This document shows, piece after piece, positions 1 through 10,167 of a DNA stretch of 64,000 nt (position 1 is its first letter; each line of letters opens with the position of its first letter). The position numbers and the translations under genes are program-made. The notes beneath the pieces are model-generated. The model was not told the DNA's origin. It saw only the letters and a program-made list of their open reading frames with translations, and searched no databases. This DNA is from an uncultured Verrucomicrobiae bacterium (GTDB taxonomy: Bacteria; Chlamydiota; Chlamydiia; Chlamydiales; Rhabdochlamydiaceae). The DNA is taken from NCBI GenBank assembly GCA_963806855.1, contig CAWDYW010000001.1, positions 288,001-352,000 of the forward strand, in the 5' to 3' direction.

Positions 1-734
1 AAAAAATTGTCTCGCTCGGCGGGATCGATTGCCCCTTTATCATCACGTCGAAGGGGATCGAGCAGAATACGGGACTTCTCCTTCCTGAAGTGGCTCTTGA
101 AGTGCTCGGAAATCAGACCCGCGTCGGGTGCTTAAGCGGCCCGAGCCATGCTGAAGAGGTGATCAAAAAGCTCCCCACATCGGTCGTCTCCTCCTCCTAT
201 GACAAAGAGCTGATGCTTGAAATCCGCGACCTCTTCACATCGCTCTATTTCCGGGTCTATCCCAATGCCGACATCAACGGTGTTTCCTTTGGGGGAGCGG
301 TGAAAAATATCATCGCGATTGCCTGCGGGATTGCCGACGGCTTAGGATTTGGCGACAACACGAAAGCGGCGCTGATGACCCGGGGATTGCATGAGATTCG
401 CAAGTTGTCTGTCGCCAAAGGGTGCCTGCCCGAGACGCTCAATGGTTTAGCGGGGATGGGCGATCTGTGTGTCACCTGCCTCTCCACACTGTCGCGCAAT
501 TACATGTTTGGCCGCCACCTCGCCGCTGGCATGACTCCACAAGAGGCCAAAGATAAAATCGGGATGGTCGTCGAAGGGATTTACACCAGCGTTTCGGCAC
601 TGCAGCTCGGCAAAAAATTTCACATTCAAGTTCCCATCACCCAAGCGATTTATTCGATCATTTACGAAGATCTCAGCCCCTTCGATGCAGTGAAGTCTCT
701 TTTGCAGCGGGCGATCAAGGAAGAACACCTCTAA
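1..734 (+). CDS. gpsA: NAD(P)H-dependent glycerol-3-phosphate dehydrogenase (5'-truncated by window edge)
   Basis: Frame is open from position 3 (…ITSKGIEQ…). Motifs LSGPSHAEEV, GGAVKNIIAIACG, GDNTKAALMTRGL, GLAGMGDLCVTC, SRN. Confidence 0.97.
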   Translation, partial: KIVSLGGIDCPFIITSKGIEQNTGLLLPEVALEVLGNQTRVGCLSGPSHAEEVIKKLPTSVVSSSYDKELMLEIRDLFTSLYFRVYPNADINGVSFGGAVKNIIAIACGIADGLGFGDNTKAALMTRGLHEIRKLSVAKGCLPETLNGLAGMGDLCVTCLSTLSRNYMFGRHLAAGMTPQEAKDKIGMVVEGIYTSVSALQLGKKFHIQVPITQAIYSIIYEDLSPFDAVKSLLQRAIKEEHL

Positions 735-2203
735 TGGACGGACGGATTGTCATCACTGCCGACGAGATGAAGCGGATCGAAAAGATGGCGATCGACGCCG
801 GCGAAGATGAGCAGCGGTTCATGGAGAATGCCGGTGCGGGGATCGCTCGGATAGTTGAAGCCTTTTCACCTGAAGAAGTCATCCTCTTAATCGGCAAAGG
901 CAATAAGGGCGGCGACGCCTTTACCGCCGGTGCGATCTTGCTTAAGAAAGGTTTCGCAGTGAAGGCCTATCATCTTTATCCCCTTGAGGAGTGTTCCCCT
1001 TTATGTCAAAAAATGGGCAGCCTTTTCAAAGGGCCGATCATCCCCTTTACCCGAGAGACAACCTTTGAAAAAGGGGTGATACTCGATGGGATACTTGGGA
1101 CTGGTTTTCATGGAGCGGCCAGCGGCATCGTCGCCGAGGCAATTGAAAAAGCCAATAGCAGCGGCCTTGAGATTTTTGCGATCGATGTCCCCTCAGGACT
1201 CAACGGATCGACAGGAGAGGTGGGGACGCTTGCCATTCAAGCACACACCACCATATCGCTCGGCCTACCCAAGCTCGGATTTTTTATCGGCAAAGGGTGG
1301 AATCACATCGGCAATTTGGTTTACGTCGATTTTGGCCTGCCCCAAAGCGCAATCGATCAAGCCAATATCTCGGCCCATCTGATCTCTGAAGTCAAAGCGG
1401 CGGCAGCTCTTCCAAAAATGGAGCGGGATCGGCACAAATATCAAGCAGGCTATATCTTGGCAGTCGCCGGCTCTTCCGGCATGCCGGGTGCTGCGCTGAT
1501 GTGCTGCCAAGCTGCCCTCAAATCGGGCGCGGGGATCGTCCGTCTTTTCTATCCAAAACAGATGAAAGATGAACTTGTCTCTGCGCCCTATGAATTGATC
1601 AGGGAAGAGTGGGATCTGGTCGATGACCATCGGCTGATCGAAGAGGCAAAAAGGGCCAAAGCGCTCATGATCGGCCCAGGTGTTGGCCGAACCGAATCTG
1701 CCGAAAAAGCGGTGACAAAGATCCTGCAGACCACCCATTTGCCTTGCGTCATCGATGCCGACGCCCTCTTTTTCATTTCCAAAAACAAAACGATGAAACT
1801 CCCAGAGAAGAGCATTCTGACTCCCCACCACCAAGAGATGGAGCGGATCCTCGGCTCACCTCCCACATTTGCCAAGTGCCAAGCCTTTGTCGAAGAAAAA
1901 CAGGTGACCCTGCTGCTGAAAGGAGGACCTACAGTGATTTTCCATCCCGCCACTACCCCCCTCATCATCCCCCATGGAGATCCAGGCATGGCCAAAGCTG
2001 GCACCGGCGACGTCCTCACCGGGATCATCGCTGCCTTTGTCGCTCAAGGGCTTGCGATGCGCGATGCAGCCGCTTTAGGGGCCCTGCTGCATGCTCTAGC
2101 TGGGGAGATCGCCGCAGAGGAAGAGACCTCCTATTGCGTGGTGGCGACCGATCTCATTCTCTATTTGTCGGATGCCATCCAACAATTAAAATTAAACCTT
2201 TAA
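734..2203 (+). CDS. nnr: Bifunctional NAD(P)H-hydrate epimerase/dehydratase (YjeF N + C domains)
   Basis: MENAG, GKGNKGGD, DGILGTG, AIDVPSG; C-terminal GAALM..A.LKSGAG, GPGVG, DADAL, LTPH..E, GMAKAGTGDVLTG. Confidence 0.95.
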   Translation: MDGRIVITADEMKRIEKMAIDAGEDEQRFMENAGAGIARIVEAFSPEEVILLIGKGNKGGDAFTAGAILLKKGFAVKAYHLYPLEECSPLCQKMGSLFKGPIIPFTRETTFEKGVILDGILGTGFHGAASGIVAEAIEKANSSGLEIFAIDVPSGLNGSTGEVGTLAIQAHTTISLGLPKLGFFIGKGWNHIGNLVYVDFGLPQSAIDQANISAHLISEVKAAAALPKMERDRHKYQAGYILAVAGSSGMPGAALMCCQAALKSGAGIVRLFYPKQMKDELVSAPYELIREEWDLVDDHRLIEEAKRAKALMIGPGVGRTESAEKAVTKILQTTHLPCVIDADALFFISKNKTMKLPEKSILTPHHQEMERILGSPPTFAKCQAFVEEKQVTLLLKGGPTVIFHPATTPLIIPHGDPGMAKAGTGDVLTGIIAAFVAQGLAMRDAAALGALLHALAGEIAAEEETSYCVVATDLILYLSDAIQQLKLNL

Positions 2204-2215
2204 GGAGTTAGCCAA

Positions 2216-2329
2216 ATGAAGTGGATTCTTTTTTCTTGGGTCATCGCCGCGAGCCTCATGACCCCAATCAATAGCTGTGACGAGGAGGATTGTCCTCATG
2301 TCAAAAAATGGCAATACTATAGAAAATGA
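2216..2329 (+). CDS. Possible 37-aa small secreted peptide (MKWILFSWVIAASLMTPINSCDEEDCPHVKKWQYYRK)
   Basis: AAGGAG RBS at 2202-2207, ATG at 2216, signal-peptide-like N-terminus; overlaps the 3' end of the opposite-strand gene. Confidence 0.35.
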   Translation: MKWILFSWVIAASLMTPINSCDEEDCPHVKKWQYYRK

Positions 2330-2897
2330 CTAGCGATTCTTCCCCTGGGTTTTTAAAGCCTAGGCTCCCATTTGAAATATGATAGAACTGCACCCCTAAT
2401 CGGTGGCAATGACCAAATTCGGCGGCAAGTGCGATCGATGAGCGGAACTCCAGTGGTAGACCGAGCTCCTTCCCTCCATTTTTGAGGTAGATGCCCGGAG
2501 CAAAACTGGGGGTCAAGACAAAATACTTTCCTAAGTAAATGTCATAGCATCCGCCGAAACAGAAATAGAGCGATCCCTTTTCGGTGAGCATCGCCCCCGC
2601 GATCGGCTGCACTCCATGCCAGCTGGCATCCCATTTGTATTCGGCCTGAAATTGGAGCATCCGCTGATGAGGCCGAAGGGTATCAAAAGTGCCAACTCCA
2701 AGCGAAAGAAGCCCAGGATAAAGAAGAGTGGGGGAGAAGAATAAAACGCAAAGACGCAAAGGCGCAAAGACGCAGGAAAAAAAATACCTTTTTTGCGTCT
2801 TTGCGCCTTTGCGTCTTTGCGTTGAATCGTCTCCTCTCATCAAACTTCTAATGCGCACAAGGAAGCTGCCAATAGGGGTGAGTGGGATCTTTTTCAT
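2301..2897 (-). CDS. Acyloxyacyl hydrolase / lipid A 3-O-deacylase-like outer-membrane beta-barrel (true start probably downstream of 2897)
   Basis: LG.PLEFRSSI and HISNG…NPGEES motifs; C-terminal F. Confidence 0.75.
   Translation of the reverse strand: MKKIPLTPIGSFLVRIRSLMRGDDSTQRRKGAKTQKRYFFSCVFAPLRLCVLFFSPTLLYPGLLSLGVGTFDTLRPHQRMLQFQAEYKWDASWHGVQPIAGAMLTEKGSLYFCFGGCYDIYLGKYFVLTPSFAPGIYLKNGGKELGLPLEFRSSIALAAEFGHCHRLGVQFYHISNGSLGFKNPGEESLVIFYSIAIF
2745..2823. repeat. Perfect 30-bp inverted repeat with 19-nt loop, built from 8-bp units (ACGCAAAG/GCGCAAAG)
   Basis: AACGCAAAGACGCAAAGGCGCAAAGACGCA (2745-2774) is the exact reverse complement of 2794-2823. Confidence 0.95.
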
Positions 2898-3981
2898 AAT
2901 TGCCTGTCACTTCATTGTAGATGCGGGCGGGGGCCAGATTTTCTCCATAAAACACCTGCAGATATTTTTCAGTATCACCCGGCACAGGCACTTCGATTCC
3001 CTCGTACATGGCCCGCTTTAACGGGAAGACATTGGTATAGGGCATCGGGGTGTTGTACCGTTTTTCTCTGATTTTCCAAGATCGTGGGGCAAATATATTA
3101 AACTCATTTGAAAAGAGGGTGTGAATCTGTTTTTTTTCAGGATCGATTGCAAAATGATACAGATCGATCATCCCGCCCGATTCTCTGATGAAGACTTTTA
3201 GATAGGATTCAGGCCGCGCCCTTCCCGACCAATCTTGCACGACATATTTTTCGGGATCGAGCTGATGGAGCGCATTTTTCACATTCTGGAAATCGGGAAG
3301 CAAGACAGCGATGTCAATATCCCAATCATTTGGAATCGAGCCTCCATACTGATAGCAGCCCAAACAGGAGCCGCAATCAAGCCAGAAAGGGATCTGATGC
3401 TGACTCAATAGAGAGATGATCGCTTTAAGGGCTTCAATATCGGCCTCTAATAGGTTTTTAACCGGTCTCCGCTTCCATTTTGGAGGGGCAATAGGGGCGG
3501 CCTTGAGGTAGTCATTCACTTGCAAACCGACCGAGTGGTAGTACTTCAAGTTGGAGTGCACCTGTGTCGAGTTGGCCGCGGCGCAGATTTTTTTTGCTCG
3601 GTCACGTGTTTCGGAGGAAATGTAGGAGAGGGCTTTGAGCGGCCCGCCGAGGGCAACGCTGACCGGCAGGCACGTCGTGGCGATCGCCGTTTTGAGGTAG
3701 AAATGGTGCTGGTAGTCAAAATGCCGCTCGAGCTGATAGACCACATCACCTCGCGCATCGATGATCGGAATAGCCCTTTTCCCCTCGAAAAAATATTGCA
3801 TCGGGGCCAGGGCGATGTTGGCAATGCGTTCCAACCCATGCGCATCTTCAGCAGCGGTGTTGAAAAAGACGCTGCTAATCAGAAGATGGTAGAAGTAGAC
3901 AAGGGGCATCCCCAATTTAAAGATGATCCAGGAGTTTCTCTCTAAAATCGCAGTCAGCATCAATAACGACCTTGCAGCCAT
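2848..3981 (-). CDS. LicD-family phosphotransferase with N-terminal membrane segment
   Basis: FWLDCGSCLG…IPNDWDIDI nucleotidyltransferase-fold motif; IDLY; FPLKR..YEG..VPVP…YL…YG. Confidence 0.85.
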   Translation of the reverse strand: MAARSLLMLTAILERNSWIIFKLGMPLVYFYHLLISSVFFNTAAEDAHGLERIANIALAPMQYFFEGKRAIPIIDARGDVVYQLERHFDYQHHFYLKTAIATTCLPVSVALGGPLKALSYISSETRDRAKKICAAANSTQVHSNLKYYHSVGLQVNDYLKAAPIAPPKWKRRPVKNLLEADIEALKAIISLLSQHQIPFWLDCGSCLGCYQYGGSIPNDWDIDIAVLLPDFQNVKNALHQLDPEKYVVQDWSGRARPESYLKVFIRESGGMIDLYHFAIDPEKKQIHTLFSNEFNIFAPRSWKIREKRYNTPMPYTNVFPLKRAMYEGIEVPVPGDTEKYLQVFYGENLAPARIYNEVTGNYEKDPTHPYWQLPCAH

Positions 3982-4910
3982 GTTAAAAAGTGTTTCATCC
4001 CCGTTTCCAAAGAGGTTTTGGGTTGGAAATGGAGCCTTTTTTGCGCCTTGGTAATATCAGCAAACGTGATCGGGATCTCTCCAGGGGGCATCGGCAACAT
4101 TTCGATCACCGCCTTTTTCTTGAGGTGCTCTTCGATCAGCTGCACCAATTTCAGCACCTCTTCAGGATGATTGTTGCCCAAATTGAAGATTTCAAAATCG
4201 GCCTCCAGATCGATCGCCGCAACGATTCCGTCGACAATGTCGTCGATATAGGTGAAATCGCGCTCCATTTTCCCATGATTAAACAGCTTGATCGGCTCAC
4301 CGCGCATCATAGCCTTTGCAAAACTGAAATAGGCCATGTCGGGCCTGCCAAAAGGGCCATACACCGTAAAAAAACGGAGCGCCGTCGCCCGAATTCCATA
4401 GACGTTGTGATAGGCAAAAGCCATCAATTCATTGCATTTTTTTGTCGCCCCATAAAAATTGGCAGGCATCTCTGTCGGATCAGATTCAGAAAAGGGAATT
4501 TTTTTATTCAACCCATAGACCGATGAGGATGAGGCGAAGGTCAATTTGATCTGCGGATTATGCCGCAAACACTCGAGCACATGGAAAAACCCATCCACAT
4601 TGCTTTCCTGATATTTTTCTGGATGAGTGATGCAATAACGACACCCTGCCTGAGCGGCGAGATGGACCAAATGGGTGATCTGGTGCTTCTCCAGCAGCGG
4701 TGCCAACTTGCTCACATCGCACGGGATGACCTCAATCTTTTGCTCGGCCAAAATATCGGCCCGCTCTTTCTTTAGAAGAGGATCGTAATAGGAATTGAAA
4801 TTATCGCAGCCGATCACCACATCGCCGCGTCGATGCAATTTTTGAGCGAGATGAAACCCGATGAAGCCGGCTATCCCTGTAATAAAGATCCGTTTGCGCG
4901 AATTATCCAT
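3960..4910 (-). CDS. NAD-dependent epimerase, UDP-glucuronate 4-epimerase-like
   Basis: TGIAGFIG, HLAAQAG, ASSSSVYG, YGATKK, LRFFTVYGPFGRPDMA, RDFTYIDD. Confidence 0.93.
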   Translation of the reverse strand: MDNSRKRIFITGIAGFIGFHLAQKLHRRGDVVIGCDNFNSYYDPLLKKERADILAEQKIEVIPCDVSKLAPLLEKHQITHLVHLAAQAGCRYCITHPEKYQESNVDGFFHVLECLRHNPQIKLTFASSSSVYGLNKKIPFSESDPTEMPANFYGATKKCNELMAFAYHNVYGIRATALRFFTVYGPFGRPDMAYFSFAKAMMRGEPIKLFNHGKMERDFTYIDDIVDGIVAAIDLEADFEIFNLGNNHPEEVLKLVQLIEEHLKKKAVIEMLPMPPGEIPITFADITKAQKRLHFQPKTSLETGMKHFLTWLQGRY

Positions 4911-4928
4911 CGCCTATAGTATAAGGTT

Positions 4929-5975
4929 ATGCGATTTTTGATACTCCTCCTTTTTTTAGCAGTGGCCTGCACAAATCCTCCCTATCGGGGCGCCGGTGTA
5001 TGCGGAGCAGACGATTTTGTGATCGACTCCTACCAAGTGCGCGAGGGCAAATTTGCGATCCTCGGCATGGATGGACAGTGCTACGATTGCCTCGACTCCA
5101 CATTCCTAGAGCCCTACGAGGATGTGATTCAAGAGGGAGATCTGCTGAAAGTGGCCATCTATCATCCCACTCGCAGCGACATCGGCAGCCACGTTGGCGC
5201 TATCGGACAGACAATCGGCTATCGAGTCGCCTGCGGACAGCTGCAACTTCCCGATTTAGCCCCAATCGACATCGTCGGACTGACCCTGTGCGAAGCAAAA
5301 GAAAAAATTGAATCGATCTACCGCTCCGAAATTCAAGACATCGAAGTCTATCTCACCTACCAAGAGCGGTCGATGCGCAAAGTGGAGCTCATGGGCCTCG
5401 TCGAAAAATCGGTCGTCCCAGTCGACGGACAGATCCGACTCTTCGAAGTGCTCGCCTTGGCCAGAGTGCCGGCCAATGCCAACCTCTTCAAAAGCTACGT
5501 CGTCCGCAACTGCGAGATGCTCCCCGTCGACCTCTACTGCCTCATCAAAGAGGGTGACATGTCGCAGAATATCGTCATGCGCGGCGGCGACAAAATCTAC
5601 ATCGCAGACCCCTCAGCCTCCACCCTGATGGTCCTCGGCGAAGTGAACAATCAACGAGTCGTCGAACTGCCCAATGGCTTCATGACACTTCGTCAAGCCC
5701 TCGCCGAAGCGGGCGGCATCACCCTCTCCGGAGACAAACGGTACATCCAAGTCATTCGAGGCAACATCGTCAACCCGAAAATCTACACCATCCATTGGGA
5801 ACATGTCGTCCGCCTCCCGAGCGAATCGCTCCTCCTCATCCCCGGCGATATCGTCTACGTCGCCGCCACCCCCATCGCCGAGTGGGACCGCTTCGTCAAT
5901 CAGATCCTCCCCACCCTTATCGGCTTCGAACTCGCCACCAAAGGGGCCAAAAACGTCGGAGTCATCGTCCCGTGA
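4929..5975 (+). CDS. wza: Polysaccharide export outer-membrane lipoprotein (Wza family, SLBB domains)
   Basis: Lipobox LAVAC; Poly_export domain (GDLLKV…G.L.LP….I.GLT); SLBB repeats VLGEV…TL.QALAEAGG; PGDIVYV…W.RFVNQILP. Confidence 0.88.
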   Translation: MRFLILLLFLAVACTNPPYRGAGVCGADDFVIDSYQVREGKFAILGMDGQCYDCLDSTFLEPYEDVIQEGDLLKVAIYHPTRSDIGSHVGAIGQTIGYRVACGQLQLPDLAPIDIVGLTLCEAKEKIESIYRSEIQDIEVYLTYQERSMRKVELMGLVEKSVVPVDGQIRLFEVLALARVPANANLFKSYVVRNCEMLPVDLYCLIKEGDMSQNIVMRGGDKIYIADPSASTLMVLGEVNNQRVVELPNGFMTLRQALAEAGGITLSGDKRYIQVIRGNIVNPKIYTIHWEHVVRLPSESLLLIPGDIVYVAATPIAEWDRFVNQILPTLIGFELATKGAKNVGVIVP

Positions 5976-8088
5976 AGTCTGAGCGCCCCATCTACCTCTC
6001 CGAGCTTTTCATTTTCTTTCGCAAGCAGCGCCCCCTCATCCTCAAAATTGCAGCCGCCTCCTTTCTCGCCACCTTCCTCCTCATCTACTTCATATCCACA
6101 CCCCAGTTCCGCGCCGATGCCACCTTCAGGCAAGCCCGCACGAGTAGCGAAGAGGCAGGCTCGCTCCAGACCCTACTCCTCAGCATCCGCCTCGCACCGG
6201 AAGAGACCTCCGCCATCTCCGTCATGCATTCGCGCCGAGTCCTCACCAAAGTGATCGAAAAATCCGCCCTCCAGATCGAATCCCCCAATACTGTCCAGTT
6301 CAAAAACGTCCACTACGATCGTGAGATCCCCCTGACCCTCATCCTCCACCCCACCACCGCCACCACCTTCGACATCCTCGATGAGCACAAAAACAAACTC
6401 GCCCGCGGCACCCTCAATAAACCCCTCCTGCTCGACTATTACCCACTTCACCGTCACCAACCTTCCTCCCAAAGCGACCCCCTTCCGCCTTATCCCTAAA
6501 CGACAAGTGATCAAAACCCTCGGAAAAAAACTCAAAATTAAAGCGACACGCCTCGACCCCAACATCCTCCAACTCACCTATCGCCATCCTCACAGAGAGA
6601 CCGCAATCGGCGTCCTCAACACCCTCATGGATGAATTCCAAAACCACCTCCAACAAGAGCATGAGCAACTGGCCCTCCAACAACTCGACTACCTGCAAAA
6701 GCGGAAAGATCAACTCGGCTCCGACTTCCACCAGGCCCTCGACCAGCACACCGCCTACCTCGAGCAAGAAATCAAAAACGACGGCTCGATCAACCTCGCA
6801 CACGACCTTGAGACCCTCAGCGAGCCAAAAGAGCAATATACCGCCAAAAAACACGAGCTCGATCTCGAACTCAAAAAATGGAAAGATCCGAAACTCACCG
6901 CCTCCCTCGACATCCCCCTCATCACCCCCGAATTCATCGGACTAAACATCGAGACCGCCGAGCGCCTCCACCAAAACTACGCCCAAGAACACCAGCAACA
7001 GATCACCCAAATCGCCTCGCTCGAGACCTTCAGCGACAAAATCTCCGCAGACAATTTTGAACTCAGCACCCTCTCCGCAAGTCCTCACCGACGACCTAAG
7101 CCAAAAAATCGTCCAAAGAGCCACCGAAATCGCCCTCCAACTCGCCGATCAAACCAACCACAGCGAAAGAGAGCTCATCCGCCTCTCCGCGGCCCTCGCC
7201 ACCCAAAAGAAGTTCCTGCAAGAGCACATCCTCAAGAAAATCGAGCTCCTCCAAATCCAGCGCGAGCTCACCGAACAGAAAATGAGCCACCTCAAGCAAA
7301 TCGCCCTCGAACTGATCCAAAAAGAAAAAAAACTGATCGAAGAAAAACTGACAGAGATCAGCTCCAAAATGGAGAGCCTACCCCAAAAATGGCGCCTCGA
7401 GAACGAACTCAAATTTAAAAAAGAACTCATGATGCAAATCATCGAAGGCGTGACCCAGCTCTCCGAGTCCAAAGTCGTCAACCATCACCTCTTCCACATC
7501 GCCTCCAAACCCCTAGACCCCGCCGACGCACCCCCAAGCCCCCAATCGACCCATCTCCTCCTCTACTCCACCATCTCCGGCCTACTCGGCGCCTTCTTCT
7601 TCACCATCGGCAGCTTCCTCCGAGCAGTCATCCGCGGCCTTCCCATCTCACCCGATTACCTGCGCGACCATCACATCCCCTTCGCCACCGACCTTCACCG
7701 CCTCCACTTCGAGCCCCACACCACCATCGCCCTCATCGGCCTCGGCAGCACCAAACCCCTCGCCAGCCACCTCGCCCAGACCGGCAAGCAGATCCTCCGC
7801 GTCGTCCATGGCCTCCAAGAGCAACTGCACCCCTGCGAAGATCATCACCTCGCCGTCGTCAAGCACCTCACCCCCGCCACACTCCATACCTGGAAACAAC
7901 AATACGACAACATCCTGCTCGAAATTGAAAACCTCGACGCAGCCGCCCACATCCAAGCCGATCGCCTCATCGTCAAACTCAATGAGACACAGCCCGAAGA
8001 ACTGGCGGCCCTTCGACAAAAAGAAACTACTCTGTATTTTTGGTTAGATGTGACGAGCCCTAGCAGGCCGCAAGAACACATGTCCTAA
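5972..8088 (+). CDS. Wzc/GumC-like polysaccharide co-polymerase with degenerate kinase domain; split by two frameshifts (~6440, ~7078)
   Basis: GTG at 5972 overlaps the wza stop. N-terminal TM then P.F.A.ATF, long coiled coil, LDPA..P..P then TM. C-terminal LA..LAQ.GK.IL remnant lacks a Walker A motif. ORF pieces 5795..6499, 6381..7418, 7057..8088. Confidence 0.75.
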
Positions 8089-8247
8089 GCATGCTACAGC
8101 TCCGCCACGGCTCCGATCTGCTGCAATAAGTGTACATGAGAACGTAAAGCCTCAGCCCCGTCAATTTCATAAATGATTGCACCTGAAATCATCGTGAATC
8201 CAACAGCGGCCATCGCCCTTTTCGCCTGCATATTTAGATTACCCCTA

Positions 8248-8793
8248 TCATCGACCCAAAAAGGGTGCTCGTGGGTCCAAGCAGATAATCGATCGTGTAA
8301 TCAGACCGCCCACAATCAAGCTGCCTATTCCTCCCAATACCATCGCAAATGCCCGTGCAACCTGATGGACAGCCGCCGGCATATAGGCGAAGTTATCTAG
8401 CGCATGGGGAATATACGAAAGTGCAGTGCCGATGACAGAAATGGCGAAAATATCTTTTGACGCCCTCAGCCCAAAAGCAAAGGAGCCTGCCAATCCAACC
8501 GCACAAGCAAACAACTTATGGACAGGGACATAGTGATGAACAACATGCGTGATAGTGGAAAAAGTGAGAGCAGCGGCGAGATTCTCTCTTGGGCTATGCC
8601 TTAAAGGCCAGACCACAGCCATGATACTGCCCGCGATCGCATTGATTACAGTCGAGTTCGAAGATTGGGAGACCGTTCCGCCAATGAGAGCGCCAGAAGC
8701 GCATTGCATGCCTTTTCCCAGCCCAGTGGTCGGCAACGTAAGATCTGATATAGTCCCAAGAATTTTCATAATGAAGTATTCATTATAAACCAT
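8248..8793 (-). CDS. Hypothetical multi-pass membrane protein
   Basis: 181-aa ORF with several hydrophobic helices. Confidence 0.55.
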   Translation of the reverse strand: MVYNEYFIMKILGTISDLTLPTTGLGKGMQCASGALIGGTVSQSSNSTVINAIAGSIMAVVWPLRHSPRENLAAALTFSTITHVVHHYVPVHKLFACAVGLAGSFAFGLRASKDIFAISVIGTALSYIPHALDNFAYMPAAVHQVARAFAMVLGGIGSLIVGGLITRSIICLDPRAPFLGR

Positions 8794-8851
8794 ATTCTAA
8801 AAGAAATCAAGGCTTCTAAATACCTCAATATCAGTATACTCAATATTTTAA

Positions 8852-9951
8852 TTACCCAGCCATTTTCCCTATCCAAGGCCCAATCAATGGAATACACTCC
8901 CACCACCCTCTTCGAGGCATCTGATCAGCCAAAATCTCCATCAATAATTCATCAGGGACATCATTATGAGTTGCATCAGTTACAACATAGAAAGTTTTAT
9001 TTTCCACAATCCCCGCATCCCGAAGTCCATTCAATAATGACAGATCCCCGATGACCTCATCCTTTTCCGCTTGAATCACCACTTCAGGGATCCCCAACTC
9101 CCCCAGTTTACGAGATGCGGCCACATTGTCCATCTCATAATTTAACCAATCCGCATGACCGCCCCTCCCAATGCACCCATATATGATTTAGCCAAATGAG
9201 TTAGCCGATCAAAAGTCATATAGCGGATCACCCGATACTTCACATCCTTCTTAAAATCATGTTGCAATATCGCTTGACCAATAGCAGCCCCACCCAGCGA
9301 GAACCCAGTCAATACAATCTCCTTAGCTTTAATTGCCGACTCCAAGAAAGAAATGCCAATCTCCTGAGAATGCCCTATATTTTCAGGATTTGGCCATCCC
9401 TGACTTCTCCCCACATTCGGCAGATTAACTAACAGAACATTATGCCCAGTCCTAATATGAGGAACAATATTGTAGGGGAGAGCTTCTTCAATAGAGACCC
9501 CATTCCCATCAGCATGTAGCGCCCATTTCCCATTTAGAATATTCTTCTCAAGCCCGACAAGCATCCCGCTATAATTAATTCCATTCTTCTGCAATTTGAC
9601 CTGTCGCAGAACCAAGCCCAAATCGGCAAAATCCACTAAGAATTGTTTCCTCACCCTATCAATTTCCTTGATGGAGGTGAATTGTGCCGGCAGAATGCTA
9701 AGCGTGACGATTTTCTCGAGCAGATAGTTGTGAAACTCAAATAGGGCCCACGGAAAGAGAATGATTTTAAGCGCAACCATACTGCTCCAAGCCGCACTCT
9801 CAGCCCACGTTCTTTCCTCACTCACATTTACAACGAAATCAATTTCCGCAGGATCCACCACATCTAGCTTACTATTAAACTCATTCCAATTTCTTTCCCC
9901 ATCCCCATCTCCGAATAACTTCGAATAGATCGGAAGCGTCACAATACCCAT
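8852..9951 (-). CDS. Chlamydial CPn0927/CPn0928-type alpha/beta hydrolase, split by a frameshift at ~9140
   Basis: W.L…GNG, NVLLVN.P.VG.SQG, nucleophile elbow GFSLGG, TFDRL. The 93-aa piece continues with KDEVI and a His (DATHN). Confidence 0.7.
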
Positions 9952-10024
9952 TTACATCTCCTACAAGTCGCTAAAAATGAGCCCAAGATCATACAATCCC
10001 CCTGATAAAGGCTCAAGACATAGA

Positions 10025-10167
10025 AGATTTTATACAAAGCTCTGCAGCGATCTAGAATATGAAGGGATGGTTATCGATATTTGTTATGATGACGTAAGAG
10101 TGGCCATGGTTAACTATGGCGAAGGGATGATAATCTCGAGATAGAAATCATTAAGAGAGAGGAAGAT
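10025..10167 (+). pseudogene. Truncated paralogue of the immunity-like gene at 11839..12102
   Basis: Translates (with one frameshift) as RFYTKLCSDLEYEGMVIDICYDDVRVAMVNYGEGM/NLEIEIIKREED vs GFCTKLCSDLDFEGMVIDICYDEERVAMVNYDKGMDNLEIELIKREED. It ends abruptly at an IS end. Confidence 0.9.

Noticed and set aside
5795..8081. Many alternative-frame and antisense ORFs over wza/wzc (and over the autotransporter and pbp2)
   Set aside because: They result from skewed composition that depletes stop codons; no recognisable motifs.
9262..9277. 16-bp match TTGCAATATCGCTTGA with ~12238
   Set aside because: It is short enough to arise by chance in 64 kb of AT-rich DNA.
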